Source: Chloroflexota bacterium
GTDB taxonomy: Bacteria > Chloroflexota > Limnocylindria > Limnocylindrales > CSP1-4
Direction: 5' to 3'
DNA length: 64,000 bases
Assembly: GCA_042408445.1 (NCBI GenBank)
Contig: JBHORC010000011.1
Location: 58,069-122,068, forward strand
Below the pieces are notes generated by a model that did no database searches, was not told where the DNA came from, and was given only the letters and a program-made list of their open reading frames with translations. The position numbers were made by a program, and so were the translations under genes. Each line of letters starts with the position of its first letter. The first letter of the stretch is position 1. Positions 35,710 to 44,847 of this stretch are shown here, piece by piece.

Positions 35710-35785
35710 CGGGGTGTGGCGTAGTTGGCAACGCACGTGCTTTGGGAGCACGAGATCGTCGGTTCGAGTCCGACCACCCCGACCA
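35710..35785 (+). tRNA. tRNA-Pro (TGG)
   Basis: CGGGGTG acceptor stem, anticodon arm cgtgc-tttggga-gcacg, GGTTCGAGTCC T-arm, encoded CCA; TAGGCT -10 upstream. Confidence 0.97.
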
Positions 35786-35833
35786 ACTCCCCAAGTCATC
35801 GACAGGCTGGCTGTCCCGGGCCGGTGAATTGGA

Positions 35834-36673
35834 TCATCGTTCGGCTCGAATCGCGGTCTCGACAATTGCAGCGGTGGCGGAGACGAGCGTGAACACCGTC
35901 ACGACGCCGAAACCCTTCAAGTCCAGGTCGCGGCCCTCATCGAAGGCGAACCCCGCCTCGGCACCCATCTGCTGGACGAGATCCGACGTCAGGATCGCGC
36001 CGGGGTCCGCGGCGTCGCAGATCCGGCTCGCCAGGTTGACGGTCGAACCGAACAGGTCGTCGTTGTGGTCGACCGGTCGACCCGCCGCGATCCCGATCCG
36101 CACGCGAAGCTCGCGCGTCCCTCCGCCGGCCGTCCGGGCCTCGAAGTCGTCCTGGATGGCGAGCGAGCATCGCAGGGCATTCGCGAGCTCCTCGAACGAG
36201 GCCATGATCCCGTCGCCCGTGTGCTTGACCTCGCGGCCGTTCCATCTGAGCAGGGATCGCCGGATGATCAGGTCGTGTTCGGCGAGGAGCGTCATGTAGG
36301 TCTTCTCGCCAACCTCCTGCAGCAGCGCAGTCGATCCGGCGAGGTCTGTGAAGAGAATCGTTCGGAAGGCTCCCTGGACCTGCGTCTGGTCGACCGGATC
36401 GCTGACCCTCCCGAGGAACCGGATGACGTCGGCCTCGGACACGGCGATGATCTCGTTGGGGACCAGGCCATGGCCCTCCCGATGGACTGCCTGCACGTCC
36501 TCGGCCCGTGCGGCCCTGGCGAGACAGAACACCGCACCATGGGCGGCATCGAACCAGTAGGCCAGGAACTTCACGCGGTGCTTCGATTGGAGCGAGATGT
36601 CCGTCAGGTGCGCCTGTGCGACCTCCTCTGCCGTGATGCCGGGCAGGTCGTGACGGTCCATGTAGAGCGGCAT
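35834..36673 (-). CDS. DUF4242 (SCO4226-like nickel-binding) domain fused to a class III adenylate cyclase
   Basis: MPLYMDRH..AHLTD..VFCL..VHREGHG; FTDLAGST, KHTGDG, DLFGSTVNLASR. Confidence 0.88.
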   Translation of the reverse strand: MPLYMDRHDLPGITAEEVAQAHLTDISLQSKHRVKFLAYWFDAAHGAVFCLARAARAEDVQAVHREGHGLVPNEIIAVSEADVIRFLGRVSDPVDQTQVQGAFRTILFTDLAGSTALLQEVGEKTYMTLLAEHDLIIRRSLLRWNGREVKHTGDGIMASFEELANALRCSLAIQDDFEARTAGGGTRELRVRIGIAAGRPVDHNDDLFGSTVNLASRICDAADPGAILTSDLVQQMGAEAGFAFDEGRDLDLKGFGVVTVFTLVSATAAIVETAIRAER

Positions 36674-36798
36674 CAGGTCGCCCCTTTCGTCATCCTCGCG
36701 GCGATTCGGCCGTCGCCGCGTCGCAGCGCGACCTCGGCGGCCCGCGATGGTATAGGCTCCAGAAGGCCGGTTCCCAGCGTCCCCGTACTTCAGGTTTC

Positions 36799-39207
36799 GT
36801 GGCAATCGACGACCAGCGACCCGCCGCCGTGCCCGAGGTCGATTCGTTCGACAGTGGGCCGAGCCTCCGCCTCCTCATCGAGCGTAGCCCGGACGTCTTC
36901 TATCGGGTCCGGCTGACCCCAGAGCCCGTCCTCGAGTATGTGAGCCCGGCCGCCGAGATCGTCGCGGGGTACAGCCCTGCCGAGCTCCTCGACGAGCCGA
37001 TGCTGTGGCAGGAGCTCGTCCATCCCGACGATCGCGGCCTGATCCCCGATGGCGCGTCGTTCGCCGCCGCGACGGCGTCCGAGCTCGAGGCCCCCGTCGT
37101 CCTGAGGTGGCGTCACCGCGATGGATCCGTCCGCTGGACCGAGCATCGCAGCGCCCCGATCTTTGCGGAGGACGGGAAGCTGGTCGCGCTCGAGGGTGTC
37201 GCCCGGGATGTGACAGCACGGGTCACCGGCGAGGAGCGCGTCCGCGCTGCCGATGCGCGCCTGCGGGACCTCCTTTCCGGCATCGACCTGGGCGCCCTCG
37301 TCCTCGACGCATCCGGTCGGGTCGAATTCATCAATGACTTCCTCCTCGGCTTCCTGGGCCGGAGCCGCGAAGAGCTCGTGGGAGAGGACTGGATCGAGGT
37401 TGCGGTCCCCGAGGACGAGCGGTCTCCGCTTCGCGAGGTCTTTGTGGCGGCGCTCGCGTCCGGCGCGGGCGCCGGTCAGCGCGAGGACGGCATCGTCACC
37501 CGTTCAGGAGAAGAACGGCGGCTCCTCTGGACAAGCGTGATCCAGCGCGACGACGACAACCGGCCGATCGGCCTGGCCGCCATCGCCCACGACGTCACCG
37601 ACGCTCGCCGGATCGCTGTCGAGCACGCCCGACTCGCAGCCGCGATCGAGCAATCCGCCGAATCCGTGATCATCACGGACCGTGCAACGCGAATCCTGTA
37701 CGTCAACGGGGCCTTCGAGCGCTTGTCCCGGTATTCGAGTGCAGAGGTCCTCGGCAAGACACCCCGATTTCTCGCGAGCGGCCTCCAATCGACGTCGTAC
37801 TACGAGGCGATGGGCGCTGCGTTGGCCCGGGGCATCCCGTGGACGGGCGACGTCGCCTATCGGCGCAAGGACGGCTCGAACTTCAGCGTGAGCTCGATCA
37901 CGTCGCCGATCTGGGGGTCCGACGGCTCGATCACCGGGTATGTCGACGTCGCCCGCGACGTCAGCCGCGAGCGGGAGCTCGAGTCGCAGACCGAGCAGCT
38001 CGTGCGCGAGCGCGCCCTCATCACCGAGACGCTGCGCAGCCTGCCGGCGGGCGGCGCGCCCGAGCCGACGGCGGAGCTGTTCTGTCGCCAGGTCGCCAGC
38101 CTGTCCGAGATCGTCCTCGCATCAGTCCTGGGGTTCGAGTCGGACAGCGCGCTTGCGCCTCTCGCGCTCGTCGTGCCGGGTTCGCCTGACCCTGGCCTGC
38201 GGCGATTCACCCCTGAGCGAAGCCGATATCTGCAGCGGCGCGCCACGGCCGGCCCGTGGGTCTCCGAGTGGATCGACGATCCGACGCACCCGTACCGGGA
38301 GCTCCTCCGGAGCCTCGGCGTCCGCGCCTTCGCGTACGCACCTATCGAGAGCCAGGGCGCCCCGATCGGCCTCCTCGTGATCGCCTCGTCAAGTCCCGAC
38401 GGCGTCGCCCGGCTGTCGGAGCAGCTCGGCGCGCTGGTCGACTTCGCCGATCTCGCCGGCGCGCTGCTCGGCCCGCAGCTCGCGGATCGGAGCGTCGCCC
38501 GACGGACGCACGCCGAGATCGAGGGCGTCATCGAAGAGCGGGCCTTCGCCCCGGTATTCCAGCCGATCATCGACCTTCGAAACGGCAAGACGATCGGATA
38601 CGAGGCACTGACGAGGTTTGCCGACGGAACTCCGCCGGACCGCCGGTTCGCGGACGCAGCCATCGTCGGGCTGGAGACGAAGCTCGAGCTCGCCACCCTC
38701 GACGCCGCGATTGAGGTGGCGCGGACCGGCGTCTCCCGGAGCAGGTACCTTCACCTCAACGTCTCGGCGCAGCTCGTCCTCGGGGGGAGCCAACTCCGGA
38801 CGCTTCTTCGCGACGTCCCGCACCGACTGGTCCTCGAGGTCACGGAGCATGCCGTGATCACCGACTACGCCGCATTTCGAAGTGGCATTCGCAGCCTTGG
38901 CCGTCCTGTCTGCCTCGCCGTGGACGATGCCGGCGCCGGCTTCGCGAGCCTGAGGCACATCCTCGAGCTCGACCCGGCGTTCGTGAAGCTCGACATCTCG
39001 CTGATCCAGGGCATCGATCGCGATCCAGCGAAGCGGGCGCTCGTGGCCGGGATGCGGTACTTCGCCCGGGCGACGAAGCGCCGGCTGATTGCCGAAGGCG
39101 TCGAGGCCGAGGCCGAGGCGCGCACGCTCGCCGAGCTCGATGTCCGCCTCGCCCAGGGCTACCGATTCGGCCGACCGTCCCCGATCCCCCCGCCGTCGAT
39201 GAGCTAG
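36799..39207 (+). CDS. PAS x3-GAF-like-EAL c-di-GMP phosphodiesterase
   Basis: Three PAS/PAC repeats; YEAL, LNVS, LEVTE, VDDAGAG, KLD, AEGVE, QGY. Confidence 0.9.
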   Translation: MAIDDQRPAAVPEVDSFDSGPSLRLLIERSPDVFYRVRLTPEPVLEYVSPAAEIVAGYSPAELLDEPMLWQELVHPDDRGLIPDGASFAAATASELEAPVVLRWRHRDGSVRWTEHRSAPIFAEDGKLVALEGVARDVTARVTGEERVRAADARLRDLLSGIDLGALVLDASGRVEFINDFLLGFLGRSREELVGEDWIEVAVPEDERSPLREVFVAALASGAGAGQREDGIVTRSGEERRLLWTSVIQRDDDNRPIGLAAIAHDVTDARRIAVEHARLAAAIEQSAESVIITDRATRILYVNGAFERLSRYSSAEVLGKTPRFLASGLQSTSYYEAMGAALARGIPWTGDVAYRRKDGSNFSVSSITSPIWGSDGSITGYVDVARDVSRERELESQTEQLVRERALITETLRSLPAGGAPEPTAELFCRQVASLSEIVLASVLGFESDSALAPLALVVPGSPDPGLRRFTPERSRYLQRRATAGPWVSEWIDDPTHPYRELLRSLGVRAFAYAPIESQGAPIGLLVIASSSPDGVARLSEQLGALVDFADLAGALLGPQLADRSVARRTHAEIEGVIEERAFAPVFQPIIDLRNGKTIGYEALTRFADGTPPDRRFADAAIVGLETKLELATLDAAIEVARTGVSRSRYLHLNVSAQLVLGGSQLRTLLRDVPHRLVLEVTEHAVITDYAAFRSGIRSLGRPVCLAVDDAGAGFASLRHILELDPAFVKLDISLIQGIDRDPAKRALVAGMRYFARATKRRLIAEGVEAEAEARTLAELDVRLAQGYRFGRPSPIPPPSMS

Positions 39208-39325
39208 TCCTCGACCCCGTGCCGTCAGCGGGGCGCGACATCGTGGAGCTCCGGGGCGAGTGCCCTCTCACCACCCGTCGCGTGCGAAGCCGTGAAGACG
39301 CAGGTCTCGAACCGGCCTCGATCGG

Positions 39326-40483
39326 TCAGATCCGTCCCTTCGGAACGGTGTGCCAGTACGTCTTGTTGAAGACGAGCTTGCCCAGGTGCCACAGCTGGTT
39401 CGGCTTCGGCGGCCGGGGTGGATGCTCGTAGTCGAACCGGAGGAGCGTCCCCTTGCCGTCGCCGATCTCGAAGAAGCAGATCACCTTCCCGAGGTAGTCG
39501 CCCCGCTTCGCGTCGATAGGCCGCCCTTCGATCGCAGCGACGATCCGCTCCGTCACGACCGGTGCCTCGAAGTGCGCCGTCGAGCCCGCCTTCGACAGCG
39601 GCAGGTCCGTCGCGTCGCCGAGGGCAAACACGTTTGATCGGCCGCCGACCTGGAGGGTCGCGCGGTCCGTCGGGAGCCAGCCGCCGGGCGCCGGTGCGAG
39701 CCCCGAGTCGATCAGAAATTGCTGGCCCTTGTGCGGCGGCACGAGGACGAGCAGGTCGTAGGGGAGCTCCTCGCCTTCGAGGCTCTGGACGACCTTCCGC
39801 TCCGCGTCGATCGTCTCGACGTTGAAGAAGGTGTGGAGCTCGATGCCCTTCTCCTCGAGGATCGGCGTCGCCATGTCCGACACGCTCTCGATCGTGAACG
39901 CACGGCCGATCGGCGAGCAGAAGTGGATCTCCGTCCGGTCCCGCAGGCCGCGAGCCCGGAGCTCGCTCTCGATGAGGAAGGACACCTCGAGCGGCGCCGG
40001 CGGGCACTTGTAGGGCAGGCCGGCGATCGCCACGACGATCCGGCCACCGGTGAACGCACCGAGCGACGCCCGCAGCTCGAGCGCGGCCTCGGCTGTGTAG
40101 AAATGCCGAGCGTCCCTGTCGAAATGCTCGATCGCCTCGGGTGCAATGCGCGATCCGGTCGCGAGGACGAGGTCGTCGTAGCGGAGTCGCTGGCCGTCGG
40201 CCAGCTGGACGGTGTGGCCCGCCTCGTCGACCCGGACGACCTCGCCGACGACGAGCGCGACGCGCGCATCGAGCAGGCCGCGCTCCGGGCGGCGGAGTCG
40301 CTCCGCGCGCTCGCCGCCCATGGCGATGTACATGAACCCCGGCTGATATTCGTGCTGGCCCGTCTGATCGACGACCGTGATCGAGACGTCGCCGGCCTTG
40401 ACCTGCCGGCGCAGCTTCCTGGCGAGCAGATTGGCGGTCAGCGTCCCGCCGACGCCGCCGCCGAGGATCAGGATTCGTCGCAT
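39326..40483 (-). CDS. Sulfide:quinone oxidoreductase-like FAD-dependent oxidoreductase
   Basis: GGGVGG, YQPG, LVLATG, YKCPPAPLE, ALGDA, SKAG, ICFFE. Confidence 0.85.
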   Translation of the reverse strand: MRRILILGGGVGGTLTANLLARKLRRQVKAGDVSITVVDQTGQHEYQPGFMYIAMGGERAERLRRPERGLLDARVALVVGEVVRVDEAGHTVQLADGQRLRYDDLVLATGSRIAPEAIEHFDRDARHFYTAEAALELRASLGAFTGGRIVVAIAGLPYKCPPAPLEVSFLIESELRARGLRDRTEIHFCSPIGRAFTIESVSDMATPILEEKGIELHTFFNVETIDAERKVVQSLEGEELPYDLLVLVPPHKGQQFLIDSGLAPAPGGWLPTDRATLQVGGRSNVFALGDATDLPLSKAGSTAHFEAPVVTERIVAAIEGRPIDAKRGDYLGKVICFFEIGDGKGTLLRFDYEHPPRPPKPNQLWHLGKLVFNKTYWHTVPKGRI

Positions 40484-40487
40484 GGCG

Positions 40488-40730
40488 TCACCGGACCTTC
40501 TGGACGACGATCTCGTCGTAGCCGTCGCGGGCCTCCAGGGAGACGAGGCGGTGGCCGGCCTTCTCGATCCACTTCGGGATGTCGGTCCGCGAGCCCTTGT
40601 CCGAGGAGTAGACGGCAATCACGTCGCCCGTCGAGCCCTCCCGGATCGCCCGGATGAGCTCCATCAACGGTCCCGGGCAGTAGCTGCCGCGGGCGTCGAC
40701 GGTGCGGGTGGTCTCGGTTGCGGTGGTCAT
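40488..40730 (-). CDS. tusA: TusA-family sulfurtransferase
   Basis: DARGSYCPGP motif. Confidence 0.92.
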   Translation of the reverse strand: MTTATETTRTVDARGSYCPGPLMELIRAIREGSTGDVIAVYSSDKGSRTDIPKWIEKAGHRLVSLEARDGYDEIVVQKVR

Positions 40731-40746
40731 GGCGAATCGCCCCTTC

Positions 40747-41355
40747 CTAGATGAACAGCGGGGTGGAGTTCTCGGTCAGCAGGCCGATCACGGTGGCAGC
40801 GCCCGCCGGCTCGCCCATGCCCTCGATCATGTCGTCCTTCTTCAGGCCGAACATGTCCATCGTCATCTGGCACGGGATGAACTCGACCCCCATCGCCTGG
40901 GCCGCCTCGAGGAGCTCCTTCGGGCTCGCCACGCCGTACTGGCGCGCCAGCCGCCCCATCATCCAGGGACCCATGCCCAGGAAGTTCATCTTCGAGAGCT
41001 TGCGGTGGCTGATGCCTGGCCGCTGCATGGCGGCGAGCATCCGCTGCATCCAGTTCTCGCCCGTGATCCGCCGCGAATCCTTGACGAAGACCTGGAGGCC
41101 CCAGAACGTCACGAACACGCGGGTGCGAACGCCCATCGCCGCGCTCGTCGAGGCGAGGATCATCGTTGCCCAGACCTTCTCGAGGTCGCCGCTGTAGTCG
41201 ATGATCAGCAGATCTTTCGTGGCGACCGAGTCCGGGCCTGCCGGAGCCGGGTTGGTCGCCGGCGCGACGCTCGGGGTCTCCACCTCGGGCCACCCGTCGA
41301 TGGCGGCGATCGCCGCGGCGAACGGGTCCGATCCGGGGCGTGTTTCGGTGGTCAT
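40747..41355 (-). CDS. DsrE/DsrF/DrsH-like (DsrE2-type) sulfur carrier
   Basis: SGDLEK, FVTFWGL, LSKMNFLGMG, PCQMTMDMFG. Confidence 0.9.
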   Translation of the reverse strand: MTTETRPGSDPFAAAIAAIDGWPEVETPSVAPATNPAPAGPDSVATKDLLIIDYSGDLEKVWATMILASTSAAMGVRTRVFVTFWGLQVFVKDSRRITGENWMQRMLAAMQRPGISHRKLSKMNFLGMGPWMMGRLARQYGVASPKELLEAAQAMGVEFIPCQMTMDMFGLKKDDMIEGMGEPAGAATVIGLLTENSTPLFI

Positions 41356-41363
41356 GGCTGGCC

Positions 41364-41600
41364 TCACTTCCGACGGATGACGAATCGGTAGACCGGGCCG
41401 TCGGCGGTCTGGTCGACGAGCTCGTTGCCGGTGGCCCGACACCACGCCGTCACGTCCTTGACCGATCCCGCGTCCGTCGCGAGAAGCTCGACGATCGCGC
41501 CCGACGGCAGTGGCTTGATGGCCTGCGCGACCTTCACGATCGGCATCGGGCAGGACAGCCCTCGGGCGTCGACCGTCTGGGTGGTCTCGATGACTGGCAT
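41364..41600 (-). CDS. tusA: TusA-family sulfurtransferase
   Basis: DARGLSCPMP, ATDAGS..D..AWC. Confidence 0.92.
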   Translation of the reverse strand: MPVIETTQTVDARGLSCPMPIVKVAQAIKPLPSGAIVELLATDAGSVKDVTAWCRATGNELVDQTADGPVYRFVIRRK

Positions 41601-41625
41601 GGATGTGCTCCTTTCGGCGGGTGGA

Positions 41626-42039
41626 TCAGATGAAGACGACGTGACCCTCGCCGGCGTTCAGGTAGAAGGCGGTCACGCCTTCGACCCCATCGACGAGCGG
41701 GTCCAGGTCGGCGGAGTCGAGGTGAAGCAGATCCATCGACAGGCTGCACGCCTGGATGTCCACCGAGCCGAGGCCCTTCGCCTGGCGAAGCGTCTCGGCC
41801 CACGGTGCCTGGCCGGCCGCGGCCAGGGCATCGACCGCTGCTCGACCGGCGGCTCCCGCCTCTGGGGCGAGGCCGTGATCGCGATCGATCTTCGAGGAGC
41901 GGAACGCGTCGAGCGCCCAGTACTGCAGGAAGATGTTGACGGGCTTGCCGAGCGCCGCCGCTCCGGCCGTCAGGACCGCCGCGGCCTGGAGCTTGTCATC
42001 GGTGCCGGAGAAGAGCACCAGATTCAGGGGCTCGTCCAT
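41626..42039 (-). CDS. DsrE-family protein
   Basis: FSGTDDKL, FLQYWAL, ACSLSMDL. Confidence 0.88.
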   Translation of the reverse strand: MDEPLNLVLFSGTDDKLQAAAVLTAGAAALGKPVNIFLQYWALDAFRSSKIDRDHGLAPEAGAAGRAAVDALAAAGQAPWAETLRQAKGLGSVDIQACSLSMDLLHLDSADLDPLVDGVEGVTAFYLNAGEGHVVFI

Positions 42040-42099
42040 TGATGGTCACCTCGAGCATGTCCGGACTCGGCGCCGTGCGCTCGTCCGGCCCATGAACGG

Positions 42100-42206
42100 A
42101 GCATCGACGCATCCCGCGGCGGCGGTCAGTGCCGAGCGGCTCGCCGGCAGGGGCCAGACGGCAGGCATCGCCTCGGTGACCCGCTGGACGAGGGGTCCCC
42201 GGTCCC
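42100..42206 (-). promoter_or_regulatory. DosR-like boxes upstream of the sulfur-relay operon
   Basis: GTGCC-GAGC-GGCTC 42129-42142, GGGCC-AGAC-GGCAG 42151-42164, GGGTC-CCCG-GTCCC 42193-42206; minus-strand GATGCT 42100-42105. Confidence 0.5.
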
Positions 42207-42272
42207 TCCTCTCGCTGACGGCCCGAGGTTCCGGCGACCGCGCACGCCGACTTCGGCGCCGGCGCGGATGCG

Positions 42273-44840
42273 TCAGGCAACCCAGGCGATCCGCCCGGGC
42301 CGCGCCGCGCGAATCACCTGCGCCAGGAGCGCCGGGAGGAACGCGACGATGGCGACAGTCACCCAGTCCGACCAGTCCAGCGGCGTGGCGCGAAACGCGT
42401 CGACCAGCCCGGGAACGTACGGGATGACCGCCTGCACGACGACCCCAAGCACGCACGCTGCGAGCAGGAAACCGTTCCCGCTGAGGCGATGGATCGGCTG
42501 GCGAAGGCTGCGGTTCGAATAGGCCCTGACGCACTGGCTCACGACGAGGATCGTGTAGGCGAGCCAAGCGGCGTGATCAAAGCCGCCGCCGTGGGTGAGC
42601 ATCACGACGAGGCTGGCGATCGCAGTGAAGGCGCCTGCGCCTGTGAGTCGAGCCAGGATCGCGTTCGTGAGGAGGGGTTCCCCGGCGTGTCGCGGGCGAC
42701 GTGTCATGAGCTCGGGCTCCGGCGGCTCTCGCTCGAAGGCGATCGAAGTCACCAGGTCGATGAAGAACTCCATCCACAGGATCTGGAGGGGTATCAGGAC
42801 CTGCCGCTCTGACACGAATGCCGTCGAGATCAGGATGAAGCCGAGAAACGCAACGTGCGTCGAAAGCAGGAACGTGAGTCCCTTCTGGACGTTGTCAACG
42901 ATCTCGCGACCTTCGCGAAGGGCGTACATGAGCGTCGCGAACGAGTCGTCGCCAAGCGTCAAGTCGGATGCTTCGCGAGCGACCGCGGTCCCGCTTCCCA
43001 TGGCCACGCCGACATCGGCGATGTGGAGGGCCGGCGCATCGTTCACGCCGTCACCGGTGACAGCGACGATTCGGCCGACCGACCGGGCGGCAGCCACGAT
43101 CCGGCGCTTCTGATCAGGGGTCGAGCGGGCCACGATGCGCAAGGCCGGGAGCTCGCGGGCGAGGCGGGCCTCGTCCCAGGTCGCGACCTCGTCGCCCGTC
43201 ACGACCCGGTCCACCTCGAGCCCGGCTTCCTGCGCGATGGCCGCGGCCGTCAGCGGATGGTCGCCGGTCACGACGACGACCTGGATCCCCGCCGCGCGCG
43301 CCGTCGCCATCGCGTCGGCGATCCCCGGTCGGATCGGGTCGGCGAAGCCGACCAGGGCCCGCATCTCCCATGACGCATCGTCCAGGCGACGAGCCGCGGC
43401 GAGAACCCGCTCGCCGGCTCCGGCGGAGTGCTCGATCAGGTCGGCCCAGCGCCCTCGGTCTGCGACATCGCCGCCGCATTGAAGATCGACGTACTCGAGG
43501 ACGACCTCCGGCGCGCCGAGAACGAATTCCTCGCGGTGGCCGTCGCGCCGCGCGACCGTGCGAGAGAGCGGCACGAGGTCGGACGGTCCGGCCGCCTCGA
43601 CCAGCGCCCGTTCATCGAGCGTCGTGGCTCCGCCAAGCTCGGCGATCGCCGATCGAATGGCGCGCGTGAAGGAACCGTGACTGATCTCCTCGCCCCGCCA
43701 GGCGTCCTCCTCGGCCCGGAGTGCTTCTCCCAGCAGGGTCAGCACCTCCTCGTCGTTCTCGATGAGCCCGCCGACTCCCCGCACCGAGGTCACGACGAGA
43801 GCGTTTCGGGTGATCGTGCCCGTCTTGTCGGTGACGATCAGGTCCACCGCGCCCAGCGTCTCCTCGGCGTTCAGCCGGCGGACGAGGACTCCCCGCTTCA
43901 GGAGCCGGTACGCGCCGAGTCCGAGGATGACCGCGAGCAGGACGGGTGGTTCCTCGGGAATTGCGGCGATGGCCGAGGAGATCCCCGCGAGGACGTTCTC
44001 GCCCAATGGATGACCACGGATGACACCGATGCTGCTGGTGAAGGCGATCAGCCCCAACGCGACCACCAGCAGGATCCGGACCAGTCGGTCCAGCTCGCGT
44101 TGCAGAGGGCTACGGCGAGGCGCCGCCGATGTGAGGCCGGCAGCGATCCGGCCGAATTCGGTGCCGGCGCCGATGGCGACCACGATGCCTTCGCCGCGCC
44201 CGCCGACCGCGCTCGTGCCCGAGAAGGCCATCGAGTGTCGGTCGATCAGCGCCGCTCCCACGGCGTCGGCATTCATCCGCGCCTCCTCCGGAACGGACTC
44301 GCCGGTCAGGACGCTCCGGTCGATCAGGAGCGCGTCGGACCGGATGATGCGAAGGTCGGCCGGAATCACGTCGCCTGCCTGGACGAGCACGACATCGCCC
44401 GGGACGAGGCCGTCGGCCGTCACGATCGCCGCTCGGCCGTCGCGCCGGACTCGTGCCGTCGGCGCCGACGCCTCGCGGAGCGCCTCGAGTGCGCGTTCAC
44501 TGCGGTATTCGGTGACCACGTCGGCACCAACGATCGGCAGGAGCCCGATCAGGACCAGAAGGCCGTCGCGGACCTCGCCGACGACGATCGCGAGCAGCCC
44601 GGCTGCTGCGAGCATCAGCACGAACGGCTCCAGGAACGCCTCGGCGACCATTCGCCACAAGGGAGCAGGTTCCGCATGTTCGAGGAGATTCGGCCCGGCG
44701 GCGGCCGAACGCTTCGGGACCTCCGCCGAACGCAGGCCGGTCGCAGGGTCGACGCCAAAGCCGGCCGCGACCGCCTCGACCCCGATCGTATGGAAGACGG
44801 GGCTCAGAGGTCGATGCCCCGATGCGTCGCGATCCGCCAT
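42273..44840 (-). CDS. P-type (P2-like) cation-transporting ATPase
   Basis: TGES, IPEE, DKTGT, TGDH, TGDGVNDAPAL. Confidence 0.93.
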   Translation of the reverse strand: MADRDASGHRPLSPVFHTIGVEAVAAGFGVDPATGLRSAEVPKRSAAAGPNLLEHAEPAPLWRMVAEAFLEPFVLMLAAAGLLAIVVGEVRDGLLVLIGLLPIVGADVVTEYRSERALEALREASAPTARVRRDGRAAIVTADGLVPGDVVLVQAGDVIPADLRIIRSDALLIDRSVLTGESVPEEARMNADAVGAALIDRHSMAFSGTSAVGGRGEGIVVAIGAGTEFGRIAAGLTSAAPRRSPLQRELDRLVRILLVVALGLIAFTSSIGVIRGHPLGENVLAGISSAIAAIPEEPPVLLAVILGLGAYRLLKRGVLVRRLNAEETLGAVDLIVTDKTGTITRNALVVTSVRGVGGLIENDEEVLTLLGEALRAEEDAWRGEEISHGSFTRAIRSAIAELGGATTLDERALVEAAGPSDLVPLSRTVARRDGHREEFVLGAPEVVLEYVDLQCGGDVADRGRWADLIEHSAGAGERVLAAARRLDDASWEMRALVGFADPIRPGIADAMATARAAGIQVVVVTGDHPLTAAAIAQEAGLEVDRVVTGDEVATWDEARLARELPALRIVARSTPDQKRRIVAAARSVGRIVAVTGDGVNDAPALHIADVGVAMGSGTAVAREASDLTLGDDSFATLMYALREGREIVDNVQKGLTFLLSTHVAFLGFILISTAFVSERQVLIPLQILWMEFFIDLVTSIAFEREPPEPELMTRRPRHAGEPLLTNAILARLTGAGAFTAIASLVVMLTHGGGFDHAAWLAYTILVVSQCVRAYSNRSLRQPIHRLSGNGFLLAACVLGVVVQAVIPYVPGLVDAFRATPLDWSDWVTVAIVAFLPALLAQVIRAARPGRIAWVA

Positions 44841-44847
44841 CCGTTCG

